DNA of 64,000 nt from Bigelowiella natans CCMP2755 (lineage: Eukaryota; Protista; Cercozoa), in the NCBI GenBank assembly GCA_000320545.1, contig ADNK01000487.1:13736-77735 (forward strand). Direction: 5' to 3'. Of this stretch, positions 38,801 through 52,143 are shown piece by piece. A program made the position numbers and the translations under genes. Every line of letters starts with the position of its first letter. The stretch's first letter is position 1. Below the pieces are notes generated by a model. That model did not search any database, had not been told where the DNA came from, and saw only the letters and a program-made list of their open reading frames with translations.

Positions 38801-41800
38801 TGGGAAAATTCCTTTTTCAAAGCAGCTGCATTTTCGTCCATAGTGAAAGGAATTCGAATGTGATATCCAGTCTGGAAAGCAAAGTGCCCTTTCTGGAACA
38901 AGGAGAAGATAAGATCCTTAATGTCCAAAGAAATCTGCAACTGGTCGAGGAATTTAGCAACAAGTTTGCTCATCTTGTGCTCCCTCTCCATTTTCGCAGG
39001 AATTTCCGTCATCACAATCTTTGATCTCAAGTCCAATAAAAACTCGAGATTCTCTGTATGAGAGGCCTGCGCCTGCTTGGCCTTCTTCTGTTGTTCGGTT
39101 TCTTCCGCTACTTTTTTGTCCTTTCCTTCTGCAACCATCTTCTTCTCCCAGTGAGTTTCAAGCACAAGGACATCATTAGAATCAGAGGAACTCTTGAATG
39201 AAAGAACACCATTGTTAAGGAAGTGAATAATGTCCTTACAAGCCTTTATACCAGCAGATTCTTTTCCGCCTTTAATGATACGGTAAAGAGCCGCAAAAGA
39301 CTGGGTCACAGACTCAAGGTGGCCTATCAACTCTCCTCCTTGCATATCAACTTCGGTACGGAAGCAGTGGATGAAATCTTTGAGGCTCTTGTAGGGCGGA
39401 GCCTGGTATAGGAGCCTCAATAATGCGGTTCGCAGAGACACTAAAGATGCAACTGCATTGACGATGTTGGCTTCCCCACCGGAATCGTTCACGAACTGCT
39501 TCATCTGATTGAACTGGGCCTGATTCTTCTGTTTAAGAATCCACTCAACCATCTGCTCAGAGTTTTTGTCAGCCAGCAAGGTGAGGAACTTCAACTGAAT
39601 CGATGTAAGCTGCGCTCCGAGGTTCTTTTTAACTGGAGCAACCAGTTCCGTGAGTGAGAGTAGAGTTTTCTTGCTCCACTCTGCTTTCAGTTGTTCATCA
39701 AGGTCCTTGAGCTGCTCATACAGCTGATCTCCTTTCTCAGTTCCCTCAAATAGAGACGCAAGCATCGTCGTCCTCAGCTTTAAGATGGCAGGGATGGAGT
39801 TCTTCATATGAAGCAGCATCGAAAAGTCCTTCAGTTTAATGATAGCATCTTGCGTCCATCCAGCCTGGCCACCAACAAAACCGTCGCCAGTGGATGTCAG
39901 CAGGATTAACTCTCGTACGTATTCTTCGTCGGAAGCCAGGGTTGCGAAGGTTTGTTCCAACCTTGGAACAGTAATGGAGCCATCTCCGACAGAATCCTTG
40001 AGTTTTCGCCATTCTTTCTTCACACGGGGAAGCAGTTCAGCAAATACTTCCGCTCTGTTCAGTTTTCGTGTATTTTTTTCGTCATCGAGGTTGGCAAATT
40101 TTCCCTTTTGGTCTGCAATTCCGGACTTTTCACGAATAAGAGCACGCCCAGACATACGCCATTGATCGAGGAAAAGGCGCGAGTATTGGAGTTCAGACAG
40201 CCACTCCATGTAAGTCACCTCCCTCAGTTTCTTATTGGTAAAGAAATTTTTAAATTTCCTCTTGATATCGACAAGCATGAGGTTGTTGTAGCCTTCTGTC
40301 CAGCTCTTGATAGTTTTTTGCATTTCTGTGACTTCAATAGGGACACCACAGTCACAATAGAAGTTGAGAAAGGTATTTGTTTGACGCAGTAAGGTATCGA
40401 AGTTCTCCACCTCACTAAGCTGAATCTTCAGCATATCTTGGGAGAACTTGCATTTGATCCGGCCGAGAAGGCCAAGTAACTGATCCTGATTATTCTTAAC
40501 TATATTCATAGTTTTCATTGTGGCATGGCCCCATTTCTGGCAAGCCGTCCTGAACGCCTTTTGATCGCTGTCTTCCACATTACAGGTACTTGTGAAATCC
40601 TTCCATTGGCCATCGTTCGTGGAAAGATGCATGACAAATTCTGCATCGTCGTAACCCTGGTCAATCATTGTGTCGACATACTTCGTGGAGATCCCTGCCG
40701 TGTTCAGCATCTCGACAATTTCCATTTGTTTTTGTTTATTTTCCAGGCTTTTCTTCAATTTAGTTTTCTGTTCCTTGTTCATATTTTTGCCCTTCTTCTC
40801 CAACTCAGCTTTGAACCAGGCCCTTGCTTTCTCATAGGTGGGAATTGTAAGAGCTATGGCTGTTTGTGAGAGAGATTCGTGAACGTGTTTGAGTAAGCCA
40901 TTTAATGGGGTGTTTTGCTTCCATTCCGTAGGACTAGCCCCGCGAGTTTCGAATAGCAAGCTCCAAATAACTTCAAAGTTCAAAATTGAACTAAGTCCTG
41001 GCTGCGCGCCCCCTGCAGTCGCTGCAAGAGTGTACAAAAGCGTGTGGCTGAGATTCGACTCTTTGCGCAAGACCTTAATGGAGTCGAGCAGCTTCTTCAG
41101 CTCGTTCTGGTCTTTTGCGACAACTGGTACTACCTCAGCGAGAATTTTGACAGCTCGCTCTGTCAAAAAGGTAGCCAAAGGCTCCTTGTAGTTCATAAAC
41201 CCTTCGTACTTATGTCCGAGGTTTGCAATTGTTTTGAGCACGACAGAACTTTCCCCCTTTAAGCAACGACAACGACCCAATTCAAATAGTAGCGATTGGG
41301 GGCGCTCGAGGAAATACTGGTTCTCCATAAGGCGGTTAATAACATCACAGGCCTCCTCCAATGCGGCTGTAAGTTTCATCTCTTGCTCTGGAGGAGAAAG
41401 TTTCTTTGTCTCCCATTTCGTCACGTAGCCCTCTTTCACCTGAACGCGCTCCTCAAGATTTGGACGCATTGCGAAACCATTCTTAAACCAAGTGTAAGCA
41501 GCCTGGTCCAACCGAACGAATTTAGCCAAAAGTTCAGAGTTCGCTTTTGCTTTCGAGTCCTCTTTCTTGTCGCTACCTTCGGGTGGCTCATCGAAGTTGA
41601 TAGTGTGAGATTTGCAGCACAGTCGAGTGAAGCTCAAAATCGAACCTATGAACTTGGCTTCATCTGTAACACAGGACTTGGACTTGAAGAGGGCGGCTGC
41701 AACTTCAGGTGATTGAAGCATGGGGTACTTCTCCACAAGCTTCTGTAGAGGCCCAAGCTCTTCTTCAACCCATTGAGCAGAGGCAACCCAATCAGCAACA

Positions 41801-44143
41801 GCGGGGAGTGCTTCCTTTAGGTGGATGATAAATTCCTCAGTGAAAAGGAGCGCTAGACTTGCCGTGCATGGAGCGTAAAGAACTAGATGCTTGAGATATT
41901 CCGTCCCCATTCGTTGCATTATTTCTCCATCACTTTCTTTCTTCTCCGCCGCTTCTGCCTCGGAGACTGCCATGACAGCGGCTATTGCCTCGTCACCAGA
42001 CATTGCCGAGTAGTCTACGGCTGCCGCATTATTTTTCGATTCGGGTTTGTCCTCTTTCGCTGCGGCTTCAATCATAACTTGCGCGGATTTGATTGTGGAG
42101 AGAGCGAGCTGCATGAGATCCTTCCACTGCTTATCAAACGACTTTGTGAGTGCTGCACGTTTTTTCATTGCTTTCTTCGAGCCTAAGAGGAGAATGGTAA
42201 ATTACTTTTGAAACTCTAAAAACTCTAAAACACTTTTTGCTAAGATACAAAATGCTGTCAACCTTTCTCCAATTCGATTCGATCTTCCTCTACGTTATCC
42301 TCTTTGTCTCCATCATCGAATTGAACAAAGAAAGTGCCGTTGCTGTTCACACGTCCGATGTAGCCATTATAATAGGTTCCCCTTCCCTTATAGTTGCATC
42401 TTATCCTTTCTCCTTGCTGCAAGGTCTTGTTCAGACCAGCGTTAGGAGGTTGTGGGACAGGGGGAAGCATTTTCTTATCCTTGAGGAATGGTGCCACTCT
42501 GATCCACTGGTATGCCTCGTCATCCATAACACGTTCAGCAGCCTCCCGAAGACCAGCTGTACAGTAATGATAGTGGGGCCCCAATGCTTCCTTTAGATCT
42601 GTCTTCATAAGAGCGTGGACGTCAATGTTCTTAAGAACAAACCAGCACCATGCCGAGGGCTTAAGTTGCAGCTTCTTTTTTGTACCTCCTACGCCCTCTG
42701 TCATCTCAAATTTAGAGATTCCATGAGCTCCAACAACAGCAAGAAGAGCAAATATGATCATAGGATCTAAGTTCTCCTTCTTGGACTCTGCCATCATTTT
42801 CAGTCCCTTTTCCATTGCTTCTTCGCCCTGGTCTCTCGTTGCTTTCTTATTGTAGCAAGAATTCAGATAATAAACTCTGGTGACAAATCCCCGGGGGTTT
42901 ATCTGATAAATGCGAATGGAAGTTACTATGAATCAGCTTAACAAAACGATAACTTTATACCTTTCCATCAAGTAATAGTTGGAATGCAGCTTCAGTTGTA
43001 GATACAATCTGTAATGAAATAAAACACAGTTTCTTATGAATCACTGACGATTTTTTCAATTTATGAATGACTATTCTCGCTGGCTACGAGCTATTCGTAC
43101 CGTATCTGCAATTGTGGGCTGATTGTATCCCTTGAAGAAGCCTTTAGATCCCTTGTTATTCTTCCGTAATATCGCAAAATAATGGGAGTTGCAGGATTTT
43201 TTCCTGGATGAAATCATGTGAGAGAAAATTCATATACATCCTTTTTGTAGTCTGACCTCCTGTTCATTCCTCCTTCCAGATGAACTTTACCTTCAGCGTC
43301 CTGAATTCCGATTTTATACTCGAAAATACCTAATGAAGAACGATTCGAAATTAAATTTGCACTTCTCGCTGTCGAAATATAAATAGCATTCACCAGTGTT
43401 ACAGAATTCCTTTCTCTCGAAAGGCAATTCGATCGATGCCGAAAACATACGCGGGTCTGCCTCCTAAAAAGGAAAAATCACTTAATGTTAAACGAGTGTT
43501 TGGACACAGATTTTATGGAAGATAAACCTACCGATCTTGTCATTTGGACGCCCTTGCCTTCCCATTCTCCCATGATAGGTAGATTTCCCACAACAACTGG
43601 GACTGCTCCCTCAGGTAACCACTTAGCATCAAGCATTACGTGGAAATTACATGCACTTCGGGCCTCAGGATCTATAAGAAGAAATGTGATTTCAGCACAT
43701 GTAGTATCATGAAAACGTTACGAAGCTCACTTTTTGGTATGTATCCCTTGAATTTCGGTTGGTACTTGTCACATTCTTCCGCATAATGGAAACCTCGCAT
43801 TCCGATAATGCTGAATGTACGTTCGCGAAATCTGGTCCATCTGTAAAGGAGATTTTTAAATATATGAAAAGATATCGTTGAAGCAAACAATTCTATGCAA
43901 AGAGAAATTATAGCGAGAAATTTATCCGAACCTTTTATCACCATCCGTGTAGACAATGTGGTGTGTTCCTTTCTCATCATCCCAATTGTCAATATCTCCT
44001 TGGTACCATTTGTCCATTTTTGGCCAATGCACAGAGAGTGTTTTGCCAAGGAGAAACTCAGGGTCGGACTCGTCATATTGCCACTCTGCCTCCCCCGGCA
44101 TGTAATTGGGGTCTTTTGTGACCTCTGACGGAACCTCGGCCAT
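26807..44143 (-). CDS. RNF213/mysterin-like giant AAA+ ATPase / E3 ubiquitin ligase (~5,400 aa): Tudor, CBM20-like, Tudor, NZF, AAA core, U-box, RZ finger, CTD
   Basis: Phase-compatible exons 42902-42263, 42182-38590, 38477-36357, 36226-30329 and 30154-26807, plus about seven small 5' exons from the ATG at 44143. RNF213-type motifs: GGGKSHY, MGETGCGKS...FLDEVNT, IAACNPYR, LVYRVHPLPESM, VGKPGTSKSLA, SYQCSPLST, LLDEVGLAE, GISNWALDPAKMNR, LYDLLNQ, PLLNRFEK and RZ finger CSNGH...CGRP...CATC...IGGLNH. Confidence 0.93.
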
Positions 44144-45309
44144 TTTTTTGATCTACAAAGACCTGTATAAAATAAGCACGTGAGTTTGACGGCGAATATG
44201 AGTGGAATGCTCGAGCAATCGTACTGCCACTTTAAAGTTGGCACTTGAAAACATGCCATTCGAAAGAATGATCTCCCAAAATGTATCTCGATATGACTTT
44301 CGTACAAACAAATTCGAACAATTTGAGAAAGAAATAGAGGATTGAGAGAGTTGAATCGAGAGAATAGAGGGATGGAAGAGGGAGGGTACGAACAACCTCC
44401 GTGTAAAAAAGATCTTGTGGACTTGTTCGGGAGGGGCCAGCGATTCAGCTTTACGAAATGCCTTTTCTCGTGACCAGATCCCAGAATGTATTATGTTCCA
44501 CCTTAGCGGATTGTACTTTTAGAAGTCGTAAGGATATTTTAAGCTTTTGCGCATCGACAGAGAGAAAACTAGTTGGAAAATGCACGCAATCGAAATATCA
44601 GGATATTTTCTGGAGTGGTTTAAAGGAATGCAGCTGCAAATTCGCCAAACAATGATGAAATGGAAGTCGTTTAATACGAAATGCACAACAATTTACTCCT
44701 TTGAATGCTTGACTTTGCACTCAATTAAGAGTAAACTGCACCGAACTGGTAAGACAGAGCCCTGCAATTATTCATCCTTTGTAAAGTGTTTAATTGCAAG
44801 AAAATATATGAGGTTTCTCACATGAGACACAATTTTAAAGCAGTTAGCAATCACATTGTAGGATATAAGCAATATAACAGGCAATGAAAAAACTAAATAA
44901 ATAGCAAATCATTGCTGACAATTTCAAACTCAATACCAGAAAAATCTTCTTTTTGCAGGTGATTTTGTCCTGCATCCTGGATTGTAAGACAAAAAAGTTA
45001 ACTCGTTAGCTTTCCACTCTTTTCGACGGAAAAAGCTGAGATTCGTCTTTGGTTTCCGTTCGGTTTTTTTTTGTAGTTAACATCAAGATCCAGTAGATCA
45101 ACAGCTCGCGCGAGAATTTATTCCTAGTCTAGCTCCTAAGTACAACTGATTTTTTTTTCCCAGCTGGACTAATTCTATGTAATTCGAGAATGAAAATTTA
45201 CGTGTGCGATTTAATTTTCCCAAGAGGAAATCATACTTTTTCCTTGCTGTCTCGGTTAATTTTTTTCTACGTCGTAAAAATCCTCGTCATACATCTGATG
45301 TCAGTACCC

Positions 45310-45842
45310 CACTCAGCAACAACATCAATTTCATAGTTGTGTGTCGCACTCTTGTAAAACGATCCTTTTTGACGAGAGGTCGAAAATCGCTACGAACAGA
45401 CAATTTTTTTTCGTTATCTAGGGACATATTTTGCATACGACATAATTACAATTTCTCCGTATGCAGATATTGCCAGTACTGAGGGCGATATTATCCTCGA
45501 TAATAACGTTGTAATAATCTCCGTGGCGAGACGTGACTCCAAACTCCGAAAACAAGGTTTTCTGAGTTGAACATCATAATTCTAAATTACCAAAATTATT
45601 AGAGACGACAGAAGAAATACACTGTCGCATAACATGTGCATGTTAATAAATACGAGAACCACAAAATATCTTGATTTCTAATTGTTTTTAGAATCTTTTG
45701 AACCCTGATTTCTTGCTGGAATGCACGGACGCGTAGCAAATCTCTCTTCTCTCTTCTTTCTCTCTTTTGCCTCTCTTTGAATATCATGGCTGCATATTGG
45801 TACAAAAACGTCAAGCATACTTTGTAGACGTTGTCCAAAAAC
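45310..45842 (-). CDS. Possible small multi-exon hypothetical gene (ends not resolved)
   Basis: AG/GT-flanked in-phase segments FLDNVYKVCLTFLYQYAAMIFKERQKRERREKRDLLRVRAFQQEIR/KTLFSEFGVTSRHGDYYNVIIEDNIALSTGNICIRRN. No family recognised. Confidence 0.3.
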
Positions 45843-46446
45843 CTAGTCTAAATGCAATAAATTTTCATCTAGATATTTTTTAAGAAGACATAAGTTAACT
45901 ACAAAAAATATAATATCTCCTGTTTAAAGCACTAAAATCCCCATAAAGTCAAGATATTTGTCATTACAAGTGGTTTTCGCAAACAATATTAAAACTTGAG
46001 ATTGAATATGTAAATCTGATTTAATATCAATAGTTATAATCTCTCTTATGAAGAAAAGATTTATTGTCCGAACTGTGCCATTTTCAACATTAATAATCGA
46101 ATCGGTCTATCAAGATTCAATTACAATAATGAATTACGACTACACATATTGTGCATCTCAGTAATAAAAAGTAGTACGTTTAACACAAACTGCTATCTGG
46201 GAATTCAACAGATCTTCTGAGTTTTCTGGCATTGGTCTCCGTGCGTCAGACCCCGAACACGCAATCAGTCAAGCATTAGGTACCTCCTTGCGCATTGCAT
46301 CGCACCCCTCGATGCAAATGTTAAGCCGCTAATTTTCATTCGTACATTTCACGAGTAATATATTTACCATGTGTGAGTTGTCACTGTTCATTTTAGCAAT
46401 GTGCTTTCCCCTCAAATGTAACATATTGTCATTTCATCAGAACACC

Positions 46447-47424
46447 ATGGGAGGAAAGAAAAAATTATCTTTTGGAGAGAACTTCATGCTCTCTGGTGTC
46501 GCAGCCGTCACCTCTAAGACCGCCGCTGCTCCTATTGAGCGTGTGAAGCTTCTTATCCAGAACCAGGATGAGATGATTAAGCAGGGCCGTCTCAAGGTAA
46601 ATAAAGCAATATTTATGTGTCTCTGTGGGTAACTCCTGATTCTATCCACTCTTTCACCACAGACCCCTTACAAAGGAATGGTGGACTGCACCATGCGTGT
46701 CATGGCAGAGGAGGGTATTGGACCTTTCTGGCGTGGAAACACTGCGAACGTTGTCCGTTACTTCCCTACCCAGGCACTCAACTTTGCTTTCAAGGGAAAG
46801 ATTAAGGCTCTCTTCAAGGTTCCAAAGGATGCTAACTTCGCTGTGAGAATGGGATCTAACATTGCGTCCGGAGGATGCGCTGGTGCGCTCTCCCTGTGCT
46901 TCGTGTACTCTCTGGACTACGCTCGTACCCGTCTTGCCAATGACGCTAAGTCCGCTGGTAAGGGAGGGGAGCGCGAGTTCAATGGTCTCCTCGATGTCTA
47001 TCGTAAGACTCTTGCATCTGATGGATTCCATGGACTTTACCGTGGATTCTCCATTTCTTGTGTTGGTATTGTTGTCTACCGTGGTTTCTACTTCGGTCTT
47101 TACGATACCATCCAGCCTATGCTTGGAAAGAACGCTAGCTTCGCTGTTAACTTCGCCGTTGGTTACGCAGTCACAGTTGTTGCTGGTCTCCTCTCATACC
47201 CAATTGATACCATCCGTCGTCGTATGATGATGACCTCCGGACAGGCTGTTAAGTACAATGGCGCGCTTGACTGTGCTCAACAGATCATGAAGGCCGAGGG
47301 AGTTGGATCTTTCTTCAAAGGAGCAGGTGCTAACATTCTTCGTGGTGTTGCCGGAGCTGGTGTACTCGCTGGATTCGACGAAGTGAAGAAATTCTACATC
47401 AAGACTGCTTACCCTGATGCATAA
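46447..47424 (+). CDS. AAC: Mitochondrial ADP/ATP carrier (adenine nucleotide translocator)
   Basis: Exons 46447-46596 and 46663-47424. Motifs [49 protein letters not shown] and the AAC signature RRRMMM. Strong codon bias. Confidence 0.98.
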
Positions 47425-47489
47425 GCCTAAGCACCTAATGAAGTGTACCCAGATTAATGATGCTACGCATCCATCAGTGCAGGCACGAC

Positions 47490-48750
47490 TTGCATGTACA
47501 TGCAGTTCAGATTTTCTGAATTTACACTAGGTTTAGCATTGCATTTCTTGCCCATCATTCATTCACTCCTTGTCATTGCATTGTTGTGCGTTGCACGGCA
47601 TCTGAATGTGCGTGCATTGCATGTGGCAACAAGCATCTACATCTTGCTAGCTTGCATGGTCCGCAACACGATCGCTAGCTAGCAGATCATCGTGCATAAT
47701 GGAAAGTTCTGCATCTGTTGGAATGCTGTTATTGATATCGATCTGCTTTGTATCCAGCAAGCCGCGAAGGCTATGAGGTTGCAGCAATGCAAGCTAGCAG
47801 CTTATAGTAGCAGCGACGCGTGCGATCGTTTGCGATGCAGTGCTATGTACGTACGTACACAACGCTGACCAGCAGCTAGCTTCCTCATTCCTCATTGTGT
47901 CGTGAAAGGAAGCAGTGTGCCTCAATCATGCTAGCATAGCGCTGCCGCGCTGATGGCGAGCCACATCACTGCTAGATCTAGGGATGCATGACTGCATGAT
48001 CGAGAGTTGTGTTCAGTTCGATCAGGCATCATACTCGCCCGATGCACAACAACTTTGCATCGACTTTCGTCTAGCTTTGTTTGCCTAGCAGTCTGTGCAT
48101 GCTGCATCGCATGTGTACATGCATGAACGATCACGTTGCCTTCTAGCCTTCAACACAGGTTTGAGACAGCCACGTACCTGTCTAGCTGTCGTCCCCGCAT
48201 CGCTAGATCGTCCCATCTGCTAGCTAGCTGTAGCCGAAGCATTCGCCTCCATCGCGCACTGCTAGACTGCCTAGCTGCTTCCAACTTTCAACCTAGAAAC
48301 CACGACACCGCCAAAGCAATCTAAGCCCAATCTGCTCATGCACAGCACGCGCATTGATTTCCATCCCATGTGAAAACAGAGTTACGCTTGAAATCCGCCG
48401 TGCTAGCTAGCGGCGTGTTCGTCGGATTTAGTCGGTCGTGCTTGATCGATCAATCGCAATTCAATAGCTAGCCGCTGCTCTACTGCTCTAGTGCTAGCCT
48501 TTGCTGGCTACTACTAGCGCTGGCTGTGCGCGTCATCAATTGATCGGGATGCGTCGGTGGGGCCTGCTAGCCTGCCTCCAATTCATCGCGACAACAACAT
48601 TGCACACACCTACCTGTACATGCTGCGCTTATACGATGTGTGACAACCAACGCAACGCAACATGCAGCCCTGCAATTGCAGTAGCATGCACTGGAGAAAT
48701 TTTTGTATTTAATTGCAGTCATGTCTTTGATGCGGCGGAACACGGCTGCT
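47490..48750. repeat. GCTAGC/TGCA-rich tract downstream of AAC
   Basis: Dense gctagc, ctagc, gcatgc and tgca words. Confidence 0.6.
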
Positions 48751-49282
48751 AAGACAGCTACGACTCATAAAAAAGATGTCATCAGCCATAAAGTTAAAGT
48801 ATCAATACGAACTTAAATCTAAAAATGCCAAAGCACTCCTACGACTAGAACCTGTTGTAAGTCAAGTATTGCGACAAACGTGTGCATGCTACTAAACTTG
48901 TTCGCATAAATTGGAAAAGGAAGATGAAAAGCATGCGACTATTCGCTAGCCTAGCAGCTATACATTGCCTCTTCGGTTGTGTTTAGCACAGCAATGCTAA
49001 TTCAGCATCTTTCACAGATTGAGACACACTTCGAACCTCGCTATCCTCATCGCCAACAAGAAAACTACACAAAGAGCAGACGAAGAAGTCCACCCAAGGA
49101 GCACATGTTCCTCAACAAGACGATTAGACGACTACAAACAACTTTCCAAAGAGCACCAGAGAAACCCATTGCGAATAGCAATCGCGTGCATACTTTGAGT
49201 GTATGCGTCATGTAATACATCCTGACAGTATGTATCCAAATTCATATCCCCATACTCTTCTCTTTCCTTGTTCTTTGCGCCA

Positions 49283-49962
49283 TCACCTTCCGCCTTTAAG
49301 CTCCAGGTAAGCTGAGCATCCACTTATACCCCGACCGTCCTGCAGTGGAAGAGGCAGATGAGGAACTTAGAGGCTACGGTTTGGATGGATTATGTGGCGA
49401 GTAGAATCATAAAATGGGAGTCGGATCTTTGATACCCATAGAATATGATAAAATGCTAAGGAATCATAGATAGCTCTAGAATATCAAGTACCAAGCAGGC
49501 ATTATCAGTCGTGTTCAAAAGGGCTCTGCACTGCCTATCATACGCACCAGTCATCGTGTGAATTGAATGTGAGCGGATAGAAGACATCCGATATTCTTAG
49601 ATGGAGTTCAGTATGATGGTGTTCGACATTTATGGCTTTGATTCTTTCACCTTGGATACGGATCCACTTGGCTTTGGTGGCCAAAAGAGTCTACACTCCA
49701 TTAACCACTCTCTGGTGGCTTAAACCTTCATGGGAACACATGTATATTTACTTGTAAACGACGACTTCGAAGAAAGAATCTTGTGGAGAAACCTGTTGTG
49801 GAAATCATGAAGTTCCGGAATGGAATTAACGAAAATCCTGAATAGCATAAATTATTAAAGTATTCACCTAAATTTAGTTTATTCTTGGGGAATTTTGAAA
49901 CAGACTGCTGTCATTAATGTAGTGCACGAGCTACAAGGTAGATTATTTCACCTTAGAGTCAT
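49283..49962 (-). CDS. Possible small hypothetical spliced gene (~80 aa)
   Basis: GT-AG-flanked segments can be joined as MTLR/IFVNSIPELHDFHNRFLHKILSSKSSFT/NSFGHQSQVDPYPR/QCRALLNTTDNACL/DGRGISGCSAYLELKGGR*. No family recognised. Confidence 0.3.
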
Positions 49963-51226
49963 TCCTCATCCAAATATTTCACAAAAGATCTTATTAAGCG
50001 AAATGCTACAGATCTGCGCGGAAATTTTCACTCTGCACAGTGGTACATGCCGCCCGCCGGTACGCTTCCTGGCTCTTAGTAAAAGAAAATGCTGAAAGCA
50101 GCTCCATTTTTTTTTCCATGAAAGAAGAGGGTTAAACGAGAGACTACGTCACGAATACAGCAGCAGCAGCAGCAGCAGTAGTTGGCAAATGGTCAGCTTC
50201 TATCATCGTCAACATACAGCTGTGGTGGACTTCGAAAAACTGGATTCACACAGCAGCATCTCAGACCGTGTTTGGTGTCTGTCTCTCCTGACACTGCTCA
50301 GATAAACGGAGGAGGAGCACCCCCGAAAAGAAAAAGAAGGAGTCGTTTTCTTGTTTTTCCCAAACATGTGTCTATGAGTCAATGACTTCTCTTACTTATT
50401 TTGTCAGGAGACCGCACGAAGTACAGCAGTCGCACACCAACAATGACCACCAAAAAACGACGACGACTGTCACCACTGATTGTTACTTGATGTACAAAAC
50501 TCTGTGTAGGACCTACACAGAGTTTTGTACCTACACTGCAGGTTTAGTGTGGTTGTTTGCTGTTGGTTTTTCTTCCTGTCGTTGCTTATTTTTCCCGTCT
50601 TGGACTTCTCGTTTTTGAAGAAAATTTCCGACACGATACGAAGGGAAAATGTACTTTCGGTTCTTCTTACGTTGGTAAATGCAGGGCGCTTTATAGCAGA
50701 AAATATCTCAAATGCCGCTTTTATTGGAATTTTTATCGAATTTCGAGGCTGCTGAAAGAATCTCAAATCTGGGAACCGCGACATACCACGTGGCTCCCCC
50801 CCCCCCTTCACACGAGGAATTGGCCACAACGGAAAGAAGGCACATCATCCTTACCAATGTTTCGCCCTCAACGAAACATATCAGTGAAAGGTTCGAATAT
50901 TCACTGTTTGATCCCATTCCGCTGATTGTCGTCCGAATGTACAGGTTCGATAAGAGCGATTGCCCTGCTCGCGTTCCTAGTGGTAGGAAGAAGACACACA
51001 TTCATTTTTGTTAAAAAATAGTTCGAATAATTCGATTTGTTTCGAAAGGCTGGAGTCATGTATATTTTTCATCTACGAGAGACGACCAAAGGTAATTCAC
51101 CCTTCTGATTTGATTCATCGAGTGTTCGATTTAACAACCACACTGTGGATATTTCAGAATTGAGGCTGAAACAGGAATGGATTGACACCTGCGCCAATCC
51201 AATGTATACATTCTAAAAGTTTGCAG

Positions 51227-52143
51227 ACAAAATTAATACCCCTTACTCGACAATGGATCACCTGAGAACTACCCAAACTTCATTAACGCGTTCAACTTGC
51301 AGGAATTCAATTCGTCACGTAATGATGCCGTATACCAACGAGAGGATGGGGGATAACATGAAAAATTCATGGTTTCAGATGAATCCAGGCAGCATAAGGT
51401 AGTATATTAGTCTTGCTATCGTTGATTCTGTATTATTCATTAGAGAAACAAAATGTAGGGATCACAACAAAGAGTACGTTGAAGCGTGTACCAGTATCGC
51501 GGACGCGATCTCAACGGGTTCGTATATTTATTGTAGCATTTGACGAAATTCTTCTCCACTTTAAAAATATTATATCTATCCACTCACAGTCGAAGCGCAT
51601 GGGAGACGTAATATGCTGCAGTCCTCGATCGTTTCTGTCCCCTTTTTGGTATTTCAAGGAATTGCACTGCGAATTGCAGATAATACCTAACACTTGGTTG
51701 TGACCTAGGCAAAGAGTGCCGCAATGGCAGCTGGTCTTTGTTTGGCTCAGAGAGGAGGGTAACATCAATGATTATGCACAGTGTCATTGTTGACTGACAC
51801 TGATCTTATGTTTCGCACCACCGCAGATACATGACAATCCACACGGACGCTATGCCACCTGCTTTGAAGGCCATGACAAAAATGTAACAGTACCATCCAC
51901 ATAAAACCCGTTAACAAAAATGCACTTTCCTAATGAGGCCCCCTAAATATAGGTACCTTGGACTGGGAGAAGAGATTCTGAGGATGTCTAAGAAAGCAGC
52001 TCCAGTTGCGGAGAATCTCTATAATGTGAGCTATCAGTAAAAAAAAGCATATTCGCATATTAATAGTTATTGCTCCCATGATATTTCAACAGAGTATGGT
52101 TCGTAAATTCTTGGACGAAACAGTCAAACATTTGCAGCTTTAG
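51227..52143 (+). CDS. Hypothetical alpha-helical protein (multi-exon; 5' end not resolved)
   Basis: In-phase exons ...RDHNKEYVEACTSIADAIST/VEAHGRRNMLQSSI/AKSAAMAAGLCLAQRG/GYMTIHTDAMPPALKAMTK/MYLGLGEEILRMSKKAAPVAENLYN/SMVRKFLDETVKHLQL*, separated by short AT-rich introns. Confidence 0.45.

Noticed and set aside
27101-41712. Many 60-230 aa plus-strand ORFs overlapping the giant gene
   Set aside because: Antisense shadows of codon-biased coding sequence, with no motifs or splice logic.
26807-42815. Treating the 1115, 1944, 690, 1205 and 185-aa ORFs as an operon-like cluster of separate genes
   Set aside because: The gaps are 80-175 nt GT-AG introns with matching phases, and the domains follow the order of a single RNF213-like protein.
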